Shown piece by piece: positions 1 through 10,980 of a DNA stretch of 64,000 bases. Positions within the stretch are counted from its first letter, which is position 1; the number at the start of each line of letters is the position of its first letter. The stretch is from an uncultured Rivularia sp. Its GTDB lineage: Bacteria; Cyanobacteriota; Cyanobacteriia; Cyanobacteriales; Nostocaceae. The stretch spans positions 7,520,001 through 7,584,000 of the forward strand of contig OY762007.1 of assembly GCA_963665115.1 (NCBI GenBank), written 5' to 3'. The notes beneath the pieces were generated by a model. The model did not search any database. It had not been told where the DNA came from and saw only the letters and a program-made list of their open reading frames with translations. Made by a program: the position numbers and the translations under genes.

Positions 1-203
1 CCAGTTCCAAATATCCAATCTATTTCCCTAAATAAGCCGCCATTATTATAAAAGTTAGGATAGTTCTCGTAGAAAGCTTTTTCAAATACTTCATTTGGCG
101 TTTGATAATTAGACGTTTCTGTTTCTGCTGCCGCAATAGATGAGGTTCCAATGGTAGCAGCAAGAACCAGTAAACCGCTAATCAGTTTCAAGTTTAAGGG
201 CAT
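1..203 (-). CDS. Secreted hypothetical protein, 5' part (runs off window start)
   Basis: Manual translation from ATG at 203: MPLNLKLISGLLVLAATIGTSSIAAAETETSNYQTPNEVFEKAFYENYPNFYNNGGLFREIDWIFGT..., open to position 1. Signal-peptide-like N-terminus; AGGAG RBS at 212-216 (minus). Confidence 0.75.
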   Translation of the reverse strand, partial: MPLNLKLISGLLVLAATIGTSSIAAAETETSNYQTPNEVFEKAFYENYPNFYNNGGLFREIDWIFGT

Positions 204-306
204 ATTAACAACTCCTGTATTTTAGTGCGAATTTTGACTTATTCTAAATGTCAGAACTCGCGTAAGTTCGACAAGTCCTGTGTAACATAAAATTTATTGA
301 TTTGTA

Positions 307-927
307 ATGGTTTATCATACTGAAAGCTCTACCCACAAAGATTTATGGGCTACTAATACCGATTTGGATATTATTCGTCAACGGTTACTAGACTTATTTT
401 GTCAGCTTGCTTATCAGGAAGGTGATTTTGTTCTTTCTTCTGGAGCGCGTAGCAGTTATTACATTAATGGTAAAGAGGTAACGCTTCATCCTCAAGGTGC
501 TTTGGCGATCGGTCGTCTTCTTTTGAATATGCTTCCCTCAGATACTCAAGCCGTAGCTGGTTTAACTTTGGGGGCTGACCCCATCGTTAGTGCTGTAAGC
601 GTTATTTCGGCATTAGAAAACAGACCTATACCGGCTTTGATTGTACGTAAGGAAGCCAAAGGTCATGGAACGAAAGCTTATGTAGAAGGTCCGAATTTAC
701 CGGAAGCGGCTAAGGTTATAGTTCTCGAAGACGTTGTTACAACTGGGCGATCGGCGATGAAAGCTGTTACCAGACTTAGAGATGCTGGTTATACAGTTAA
801 TCGAGTAATTTCACTGATAGATCGAAAGCAAGGTGGGGAAGAATATTATAAGTCAGTAGATTTACAGTTTCAGACTGTTTTTTCAATTACCGACCTTCAG
901 GAGCGATATCAGCAGATTTCTAATTGA
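307..927 (+). CDS. pyrE: Orotate phosphoribosyltransferase
   Basis: LSSG..SSYYING, RKEAKGHG and PRPP-binding VLEDVVTTGRS motifs. Confidence 0.95.
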   Translation: MVYHTESSTHKDLWATNTDLDIIRQRLLDLFCQLAYQEGDFVLSSGARSSYYINGKEVTLHPQGALAIGRLLLNMLPSDTQAVAGLTLGADPIVSAVSVISALENRPIPALIVRKEAKGHGTKAYVEGPNLPEAAKVIVLEDVVTTGRSAMKAVTRLRDAGYTVNRVISLIDRKQGGEEYYKSVDLQFQTVFSITDLQERYQQISN

Positions 928-950
928 TTGTGGTTATATCCCTAATTTGT

Positions 951-976
951 GTAGAGACGTAGCAGTGCTACGTCTC
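951..976. repeat. GTAG-type (REP-like) palindrome GTAGAGACGTAGCAGTGCTACGTCTC
   Basis: Perfect hairpin; near-identical copies at 1149-1174 and 55459-55486. Confidence 0.85.
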
Positions 977-1019
977 CTCATATTCAGAGTTATATCGAGT
1001 CATTTACGTCAAGAATTTT

Positions 1020-1062
1020 TTGACACTCCCCACGCATATAATGCAGGGGATTCTTGGTTCAT
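1020..1062 (-). mobile_element. Orphan IS200/IS605 right end (GAAT-hairpin-TCAA)
   Basis: TTGACACTCCCCACGCATATAATGCAGGGGATTCTTGGTTCA is nearly identical to the tnpB element right end at 10834-10874. Confidence 0.8.
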
Positions 1063-1115
1063 TGACAAAACGTCAAAAAACTATTAGCGATAGATTCATT
1101 GGCACGCAATGTTTA

Positions 1116-1174
1116 AATGAGACGTAGTGCAATGAGACGTAGTGCAATGAGACGTAGCACTGCTACGTCTCTAC
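1116..1174. repeat. Tandem 15-mer AATGAGACGTAGTGC x2 followed by the full REP-like palindrome
   Basis: Read directly; lies just past the thiC stop. Confidence 0.85.
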
Positions 1175-1191
1175 ATTATTTTTGTGACAAA

Positions 1192-2673
<1,482 letters not shown>

Positions 2674-2855
2674 ATTGAGTAAATATACTACCATTTTTTT
2701 GCTGACAAAATAAATAGGTTAACATTTCTCTATTTGGGGAATTGGTAATGGCTGATTGGGCATTGGGGCAATAAAGAGTTAAGACCACGATAATTTGAAT
2801 TTCGTTTTGAATTTCGTGATGATATTACATTACCTTTAACCTTTAACCTGTTTTC

Positions 2856-3452
2856 ATGCCTAAAAACAAACATCGCTATATTATTTTTTACAAGCCTTAT
2901 GGTGTGCTTAGTCAGTTTTCTAAAGACGCGCCAAATCAAAGTACTCTTCAAGACTATATTTCTGTTCCCGATGTTTATCCCGTGGGACGTTTAGATTCTG
3001 ATAGTGAAGGGTTATTACTGCTAACAAACCACGGACAATTACAACATCGACTTTGCCATCCTCGCTTTGGGCATCATCGTACTTACTGGGTACAAGTGGA
3101 ACGAGTTCCGCATACAGATGCTTTAGATAAATTAGAACAAGGTGTGGTAATTAAAAATTATCGTACTCAACCGGCAAAGGTAAAATTATTGTCGCAAGAA
3201 CCACTTTTACCCGAACGTATTCCACCGATAAGATTCCGCAAAAATGTACCTACCTCATGGCTGGAAATGACTTTGAGTGAGGGAAAAAATCGTCAAGTTC
3301 GCCGGATGACTGCATCTGTGGGATTTCCTACTTTGCGATTGGTGCGAATTCAGATAGCTCACCTTCAACTAGATACTTTGCAAGTCGGAGAATGGCGCGA
3401 TTTAACTCCTGAAGAAGTGAAATTGTTGCACAAGCTGGCTTTTGTTAGCTGA
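2856..3452 (+). CDS. rRNA pseudouridine synthase (RsuA/RluE family)
   Basis: YKPYGV, VGRLDSDSEGLLLLTN and EGKNRQVRRM motifs; no S4 domain. Confidence 0.92.
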   Translation: MPKNKHRYIIFYKPYGVLSQFSKDAPNQSTLQDYISVPDVYPVGRLDSDSEGLLLLTNHGQLQHRLCHPRFGHHRTYWVQVERVPHTDALDKLEQGVVIKNYRTQPAKVKLLSQEPLLPERIPPIRFRKNVPTSWLEMTLSEGKNRQVRRMTASVGFPTLRLVRIQIAHLQLDTLQVGEWRDLTPEEVKLLHKLAFVS

Positions 3453-3718
3453 TTCACGGACGACAGAAAGGGGTATAACAACCATCACCCCCTAAAGTCA
3501 ATATTTTATTAAAATTCGTAATAAGTAAGTTAATTACTAAAAAAAAATAATTAACCGGATTAAGGTATTAGATATATTACGAGCTTATTGAGTTGCTATG
3601 TTCTTTCTATTACATAATTCGGAACCAAAAAAATTGACAAAAATGCTACTAGAAGCTGTACAATACTCTTTTTTTATTATGAATCAACTTATTATTAACA
3701 CTAGGGTCCATTGTTATT

Positions 3719-5401
3719 ATGAGCTTAGAGCGGTCGTTTAACTGGCATGAAACTCGCCGAAAACAAAATCTTGTATCTGCAAAATCTGCAAGCTTGGAAC
3801 TTGTGCCTAAAACAACATCTGACTTAGATAAATATACGGCAGAAACGTTACGTCGTACTCAAGAAGAACTAAATTGGTATCGTACTTTGTACGACAAAAC
3901 TCCTGGCATATTTTTTACTTTAGATGCTACTGGGAAAATTCTGTCTGTAAATCAATTCGGTGCAAACTGTTTGGGTTATGCACCTTGTGATTTGACTCAA
4001 AAATCTATTTTTAGTTTATTTGCTTCTTTTGAATGCGAAAGACTATCTAATGTATTGACAGAATTATTAAAAAACTCGTCTGAAGAAGTTAAAAATCGAG
4101 AATTTTATTTAAATTGTCCCGATAGTAAAATTGTGTGGGTAAAAGTCAAAGCGCGAATGTTAATTGATGCAGAGCAAAATTCAACCATTTTAATGGTTTG
4201 TGAAGATATTACTGCTTACAAACTTTCTCAAGCTTCAAAACAAAGCGAACAAAGTTTCCGTGAATTAGCTGATAGCGCTCCAGTTATGTTGTGGATGACG
4301 GATGAAAATGGAGTACATAACTTTTTTAACTGTTCTTGGTTAAAGTTTACCGGACGTAAAATTGAGCAAGAATTGGGCTTGGGATGGTTAAATAATTTAC
4401 ATGAAAACGATCGAGAATTATATTTAGCAACCTATTATCAAACACTTAAAGAAAAAGAACAATTTCAAATTCAATACCGTTTAAAAAATGCCGGAGGCGA
4501 TTATCGTTGGGTTTCCGAAACTGGTGTTCCTCGATTTGCATCCAACGGTAATTTAGAAGGTTACGTTGGTTGCTGCATTGATATCACTGAGTGTAAAAAA
4601 GCGGAAATAGCTGTCAGCGAGAGTAGAAAAGCAGTAAAAGCTCAATTAGAAGAGATGGAATCTCTTAACCGTCTTAAAGATGAATTTTTAAGTACGGTAT
4701 CCCACGAGTTACGCACGCCATTAACTAATATGAAAATGGCAATTCAAATGTTGGGAATAAAGCTTAAAAAAGAGCAGCAAGCTTCCGAGACATACGAAGC
4801 AGTGAATGATTCTACAAAAAAATCTAAAATATCTCGTTATTTCCAAATCTTAAATAATGAGTGCGAACGAGAAATTAGTTTGATTAATAATTTTCTTGAT
4901 TTACAGCGACTCGATACTATTGCCAAACCATTAGTGTTAGAAAAAATCGAAGTTAACCGTTGGTTAGAGCGAGTACTCGAGTTATTCAACGCACGCAACC
5001 GTAACTGCTGCAAGCAAAAGTTAATTTTAACGATAGAACCGAATTTACCGGCTATGGTTTGCGATCCATTTAGCTTAGAACGAATTTTGGTAGAGTTGCT
5101 GACTAATGCTTGTAAATTTAGTCCCCTTGACGAACAAATAATTGTTAACGTTAAAATGAAATCCGATAATATTCAGTTTCAAGTGATAAATACTGGAGTG
5201 GAAATTCCTTCCGTTGAATTACCGCGTATTTTTGATAAGTTTTATCGGATTCCTAGCAACGATCCTTGGAAACAAGGAGGTACGGGCTTAGGTTTAGCAT
5301 TGGTACAAAAACTTACGAAGCATTTGGGAGGTGTAATTAAGGTTGAAAGCGGTTTATTACGTACTTGTTTTTCTGTTGAATTACCTTTTGAGAGGGATTA
5401 G
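3719..5401 (+). CDS. Cytoplasmic PAS-PAS/PAC sensor histidine kinase
   Basis: Two PAS-like segments, H-box VSHELRTPL, N-box ELLTNACKF, G2 box GGTGLGL. Confidence 0.92.
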   Translation: MSLERSFNWHETRRKQNLVSAKSASLELVPKTTSDLDKYTAETLRRTQEELNWYRTLYDKTPGIFFTLDATGKILSVNQFGANCLGYAPCDLTQKSIFSLFASFECERLSNVLTELLKNSSEEVKNREFYLNCPDSKIVWVKVKARMLIDAEQNSTILMVCEDITAYKLSQASKQSEQSFRELADSAPVMLWMTDENGVHNFFNCSWLKFTGRKIEQELGLGWLNNLHENDRELYLATYYQTLKEKEQFQIQYRLKNAGGDYRWVSETGVPRFASNGNLEGYVGCCIDITECKKAEIAVSESRKAVKAQLEEMESLNRLKDEFLSTVSHELRTPLTNMKMAIQMLGIKLKKEQQASETYEAVNDSTKKSKISRYFQILNNECEREISLINNFLDLQRLDTIAKPLVLEKIEVNRWLERVLELFNARNRNCCKQKLILTIEPNLPAMVCDPFSLERILVELLTNACKFSPLDEQIIVNVKMKSDNIQFQVINTGVEIPSVELPRIFDKFYRIPSNDPWKQGGTGLGLALVQKLTKHLGGVIKVESGLLRTCFSVELPFERD

Positions 5402-5588
5402 AGAATTAAAAACTCCCTGATATTTCAAAGTTAGAGATAATATAAGTCACAATTAAAACAGTCATATATATTTTCTGGTCAAAGCATAAATATTTTATTG
5501 TTCTGCTGCAAGCAGAGGCTAAACTACCAGTAATAAATAATTTCAATGGCTAGCACCCTCATCGCGGGAATTAAGGGACGCGGATATA

Positions 5589-7580
5589 ATGCTGATTTGC
5601 CCTCAGTGCAATTTTGAAAACCCTAACAGCAACAAGTTTTGTCAAAACTGCGGTGCATCTTTAACTGAAAAGGAATGTCAGCAGTGCGGAGTCAATATCC
5701 CTCTAAATGCAGTGGAGTGTCATAGCTGTGATGCAACTTGCTCGGAGATTTGGTTAGCGATCGCAATTAAAGAAAATCCCAGAGAAACTGTTGAGACTGA
5801 GAATGAAGAAGAAAAGGTTGATTCAGCAGATAAATTAGAGCAAAAGAATAAAGACGATACTTCTGAAAACATTTTTAGTTCATTTGAAGCCGGTTCTTTT
5901 TTAGATTCTGAAGGGCGCTATAAAATGCTCGAATCACTACCAACTTTTTTTGAAAATACCGTTAAAGCTGAAGCCTGTGTAAAAGTTATCGATTGCCAGC
6001 CCTATCAAGTGTCGCCAATAGATGCGATGTTGGCAAATCCACAATTAGAGCAATCTACAAATACTTCAACGGGGGGAAATAATATTCCCAGTCTCGCTAA
6101 AACCTATATCGCTTTACAGCCACATTGTAATTTAGGAATTCCTCCTATCCATGATGCATGGCAAAGCTCGAATATGCAGGTCATTTTAGTTGAAGATCGT
6201 TCGGATTGGTTATATTTATCTGAATTATGGCAGAATGATGCAACTACGTCGTTGCAAATTATACATTATTTTTATCAGATGACTCAGTTGTGGGATTTGT
6301 TAGAACCCCTCGACTGTCGTCAAAGTCTTTTAGATTTGAATAACTTACGAGTGGATGAAGACCAGTCTCTAGCTTTACAACGGTTGTACCCAGATATACG
6401 TAAAAAAACGGAGGTTTCTTCTCCACAGGATAACAATACAGTTAAAGCTTTAGGAGAAGTTTGGCATGAATTATTTAGAAAGTCCCAGCGTACTCAATTT
6501 GGCTTATTGCTAGAACTTTTGGGAAATTTAGATAGGGATGAAATTGCAACATCTGAAGAATTACGATCGCGATTGCAATTTATTTCTACGGAGTTGGAAG
6601 GTGAGTCGAATCAAAGTGAAGATAATTCACCAGATAATTTAATTGTTGCTTCTGACAAAGACGCTTCAAGTCCTACAATTTTGCAGTTAGATGAATTAGA
6701 GCAAAGTCCAACTAAAATTGATGACACACCTACGGTAGTCTTGCCAATGCAGCTAGCTAGCTTAGAAAATGCTGGACTTACCGATGTCGGAAAACAACGG
6801 GACCACAACGAAGATTATTTTGGCATTGAAACAAAAGTTAATAAAGTTGAGTTGCCCAAAAGTAAAGTTGCAGGAGCAAAAGGCTTATATATTCTTTGCG
6901 ATGGAATGGGTGGGCACGCAGGTGGTGAAGTCGCCAGCGAGTTAGCAGTAAGTACTTTACGGCAATATTTTCTAGAAAATTGGAAATCTGATGGGCTTCC
7001 TAATGAGGAAATTATCCGCGAAGGGGTTTTTCGAGCTAACAAAGCTATTCACGATATCAACCAGCAGGATGCTCGTTCTGGTGTCGGTCGTATGGGTACT
7101 ACTTTAGTGCTAGTTTTGATACAGGATACTCGCGTAGCGGTGGCTCATGTGGGTGATAGTCGTCTTTATCGAGTTACTCGTAAAGGAGGTTTGGAACAAG
7201 TTACTGTAGATCATGAAGTAGGGCAAAGGGAAATTTCTCGTGGAGTTGAGCCGAGCGTAGCTTATTCTCGCCCGGATGCTTATCAGTTAACGCAAGCTTT
7301 GGGGCCTAGAGACAATAACTTTATTGCTCCAGAGGTACAGTTTTTAGAAATTAACGAAGATGCGCTGTTTGTTTTAACTTCTGATGGTTTATCGGATAAC
7401 GATCTATTAGAAAAACACTGGCGGACTAATTTACTTAATTTAATTAGTTCGGAAGCCAATTTAGAAAAAGGTGTAAGAGATTTAATTGATTTAGCAAATA
7501 AATATAACGGCCATGACAACATTACGGCCGTACTTATGCGAGCAAAGGTACGTCCAAATTTAGAAAGTAATATTTTATAA
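5589..7580 (+). CDS. PP2C/PPM Ser/Thr phosphatase with N-terminal double zinc ribbon
   Basis: Four CxxC motifs at the N-terminus; LCDGMGGH, HVGDSR, SDGL and GHDNIT motifs. Confidence 0.92.
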   Translation: MLICPQCNFENPNSNKFCQNCGASLTEKECQQCGVNIPLNAVECHSCDATCSEIWLAIAIKENPRETVETENEEEKVDSADKLEQKNKDDTSENIFSSFEAGSFLDSEGRYKMLESLPTFFENTVKAEACVKVIDCQPYQVSPIDAMLANPQLEQSTNTSTGGNNIPSLAKTYIALQPHCNLGIPPIHDAWQSSNMQVILVEDRSDWLYLSELWQNDATTSLQIIHYFYQMTQLWDLLEPLDCRQSLLDLNNLRVDEDQSLALQRLYPDIRKKTEVSSPQDNNTVKALGEVWHELFRKSQRTQFGLLLELLGNLDRDEIATSEELRSRLQFISTELEGESNQSEDNSPDNLIVASDKDASSPTILQLDELEQSPTKIDDTPTVVLPMQLASLENAGLTDVGKQRDHNEDYFGIETKVNKVELPKSKVAGAKGLYILCDGMGGHAGGEVASELAVSTLRQYFLENWKSDGLPNEEIIREGVFRANKAIHDINQQDARSGVGRMGTTLVLVLIQDTRVAVAHVGDSRLYRVTRKGGLEQVTVDHEVGQREISRGVEPSVAYSRPDAYQLTQALGPRDNNFIAPEVQFLEINEDALFVLTSDGLSDNDLLEKHWRTNLLNLISSEANLEKGVRDLIDLANKYNGHDNITAVLMRAKVRPNLESNIL

Positions 7581-8038
7581 AAGGGAATGGGGAATTGGGG
7601 ATGGGGCATTAGGGAATGGGAATTGAAAAAATATTCTTAGTGGGAGCGCTCTTCGGAGGCAGTTAGCGATTTTGGGTTCGTACTCCTTCAAACTTATCTG
7701 CCACTTGTTTGCAATTCCTCTTCTAACAGCATAAGTTTTCCCAAAAAGAATGAAAATTCCGCCCGTTACCTTCTAACTAATCTCTCAGATGCTCCGCCAA
7801 AAAATTATCCGGATAATAAAGCAAAAATATTGTTACAATCAGATTTGAATGTTTTAAGAGACACATCAATCGTCAGCTTTTTAGATAATTATCCCTAAAT
7901 TACGTTCAAGCTCATTTTTATTAAGTAAATAAAGAGTTAATTAACCGAATATTAAGATAAGTATGGGGGGAATATGGATTTAAAGACTGTTCTCATACTT
8001 AATGATTTATCCTTCATTATTTATAGTTCCTAAGTATA

Positions 8039-9257
8039 GTGATTACTTTAACCCTACTAGAAGCGCAAAACAAAACACCGTTAGAAAATTGGCGCTTTGA
8101 TGAATCCCCGGTGATTCGAGTTGGGCGAGCGGCAGATAATGATATTGTTTTGGATAGTAATTTAGTTTCTCGATATCATTTAGAACTGAGAAATACAATT
8201 TCTAAGAACAAGGCTGATTCTTGGGAAATTATTAGCAAAGGTACCAACGGTACTTTCCTCAACGGTGTTTTAGTAACTCATGCTCCGCTACCTAATAACT
8301 GTTTTCTGCAATTGGCTCGGGGTGGTCCTATTTTTAAATGCGAACTGCACCCTATTGAACCAACATCTGCACAAATTCCTGTGGCTGAATCGGAAAATTG
8401 CACCCATGAAGGCAATTCACCCGATAACTTGTTTTGCATTTATTGCGGCAAACCTCTCTCGATACAGCTAACAATTCGGCATTATCAGGTGTTGCGAACC
8501 TTGGGACAGGGGGGCATGGGCACTACTTATTTAGCATGGGACCCCTGCTGGTGTAGCTACTAGCCATCCGAAACTATTAGTGCTTAAACAAATGAATGCC
8601 GATATGGCAAAAATTGCTAAAGCGCGAGAATTGTTTCAGCGAGAAGCGCATACTTTGGGATTACTTAACCATCCTGGAATCCCCAAGTATTACGACTTTT
8701 TCATAGAAGAAAAGAAAAAGTATTTGGCAATGGAATTAATCCACGGCCAAGATTTAGAAAAATTTGTTTATCGCAAAGGACCCATAACAGTAAATCAAGC
8801 CATGGAATGGATGATGCAAACCTGCGAGATTCTTGATTATCTGCATGGTCAAAGCCCACCATTGATTCACCGCGATATCAAACCGGCGAATCTAATGGTG
8901 CGAAATTCCAATAATCGTATAGTTGTACTGGATTTCGGAGCAGTTAAAGAAATTGGCACTGCACCAGGGACTCGTATCGGTGCAGAAGGATATTGTGCCC
9001 CCGAACAAGAACGAGGACAGCCATTAACTCAGTCAGATTTATACGCTATTGGACCAACTTTAATCTTTCTACTAACAGGTGAAAACCCATTTAAGTTTTA
9101 TCGTCAACAAGGACGAAACTTTCGGTTTGATGTCACGAAAGTTCCTACCATTACCCCTCAGTTAAAAGAACTAATAGACAAAGTTACAGAACCTTTACCA
9201 AGAGATAGATATCAAACCGCGAAGGAAGTTGCAGAAGCGTTAGCAGCCTGCAAATGA
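8039..9257 (+). CDS. FHA-domain Ser/Thr protein kinase, split by a +1 frameshift at about 8542-8545
   Basis: FHA motifs (VGR, SRYH, GTNGTFLNG), GQGGMG, HRDIKPAN, DFG, APE; removing one C gives WDPAGVATSHPKLLVLKQ. Confidence 0.88.
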
Positions 9258-9529
9258 GCGTATGATATTGGTTAATTAAAAAAGGTAGGATGAAGCGAAG
9301 AATTACTTTTGAACTGGCGAATGTAGGCTGCTACACGAGCAAAGTCAACTTGTGCGAATACGGATTTATAATCCACTCAAGCAGATTCAATTATGTAGCT
9401 GCATTAGCGCTTTAAACGTGCGGCGTTAAGCAGAACTCTACCGAAAGTAATCGCCCCTTCGAGAAGGACATATTCTATTCACCGTTTACTAGACATACAT
9501 CCTTGTGAAATGAGCGTGAAATTTAGTTC

Positions 9530-9748
9530 TTATTCTTCATCCCATCCCTCAACTACAAGCAACTCCTTTACAGGGTCTTGCATAGTAAAGCCGAAATCAA
9601 CCAGTTCGCGTTTCCAGTGTTGCCATTCGTCGCCGTAAAGTAAAGCAATCTTCCAGATACTATCTGTAGGCTTTATGATCTGAGAATCTACGAGCGATTG
9701 AACATTGCGTTGCAATTTCACCATTGGGTGAATTACTTGTTGAGTCAT
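9530..9748 (-). CDS. Small conserved cyanobacterial protein (DUF4327-like)
   Basis: HPMVKLQRNVQSLV..IIKPTDSIWKIALLYGDEW pattern recalled for this family. Confidence 0.75.
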   Translation of the reverse strand: MTQQVIHPMVKLQRNVQSLVDSQIIKPTDSIWKIALLYGDEWQHWKRELVDFGFTMQDPVKELLVVEGWDEE

Positions 9749-10614
9749 AACCTCAATTAAAATCTAATGAAAATTTGGGTAAATGCTGGTGGCAAAAATG
9801 CTTTCCGTTTTGCAATTAATAGTCTCTGCGTAGAGTTCGGTAATGCACGCAAAGCAAGTCTCACTATTCTTGAATATAGCATAACTAATTCTACATGGTT
9901 ACTGTTAATTTCGGTTTTGTTCGGTAATCACCACTAATAAATTTTGGAACTCAGCAAAATTTACAATTGGTTATTTACCAAACAAACTAATTTTTCAGCG
10001 ATCTAGCAGATTTAGAGCAATCCGATAAATTCCGATCTTCAGATGCTTAATTCAACAAAATATGTACAAATCATAACAAATCCTATATAAGAAAAGCAAT
10101 TCGCTATATGATTTTGCACAACAATGATATAGAATAGCGAGCTACGAATATTCGCCGTTTTCTGTTAATCGTTATTTACATTATCGCAAACATCCAGATA
10201 TTGATACGATCTAAAGATTTTTTTTATATTATCTTAACAATTGTTTCTCTCAGGCAGTATCTCAGAGATAACACAAGATGAGTTGTAGTTAAAGCCAAGA
10301 GGTTGATTCAAGGTTTTTGGTGTCTTTGTTCGATATTATGGAATTAAAAATAGTTAATGACTTAGATTAATTTCTCAAATTTTAATCAACAGGACAATTG
10401 TGCATTATTTTACTTTGGACAAGAATTTAAACTTTGATGGTTAAGATGACTGTATTGGATAAAACTTGTTGTTTTAAGGAAAAAATCTTTAGACCGTGAA
10501 TAGTAAAGTGAATTATATGATATTTATGAAATTCACGAAATAATCCTACTATTATCTTTTCCATAGTGAGAGGTTAAATTTCATATATTGTGATACGGGT
10601 TTACTTTCGATTTA

Positions 10615-10780
10615 AGAGGATGTTTTAAAAGTCGGATTTAATACCTTTCCCGGCGACTGTAAGTCGCGGCTAGACAAGCAAAACCCACCTGCGTGGGTTA
10701 TAAATTAACTAGTCCACGCAGGTGGACAACGAGCGGTGTAGTAGCGGTTCCAACCGCCTGATACTTTTAAAACATCCTCT
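10615..10780. mobile_element. MITE (166 bp) with perfect 18-bp terminal inverted repeats
   Basis: AGAGGATGTTTTAAAAGT at 10615-10632 and ACTTTTAAAACATCCTCT at 10763-10780; internal CCACCTGCGTGG/CCACGCAGGTGG hairpins. Confidence 0.85.
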
Positions 10781-10813
10781 AAAGTAGGTATGCAAGGATG
10801 GTCAACTGACAAA

Positions 10814-10980
10814 AGATATTCTGCTATCTTTGGTTGACACTCCCCACGCATAAATGCGGGGGATTCTTGGCTCACAGAAAAAACTTACCTAGTCAGGTTT
10901 TCACCTGCCATTGATAGAGGTTTCGTCTCCCCAAGCTTTAGATCCCGTATGCCCTACGGTACTTAATCCTAAAGACAATA
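10814..10980 (-). ncRNA. Predicted omegaRNA/reRNA of tnpB (5' boundary approximate; guide about 10833-10814)
   Basis: Established TnpB architecture: the scaffold overlaps the ORF 3' end and right end, and the guide is the flank after TCAA (CCAAAGATAGCAGAATATCT). Confidence 0.6.

Noticed and set aside
1116..1174. Repeated GAGACGTAG units as a mini CRISPR array
   Set aside because: Head-to-tail 15-mers with no spacers and no cas genes
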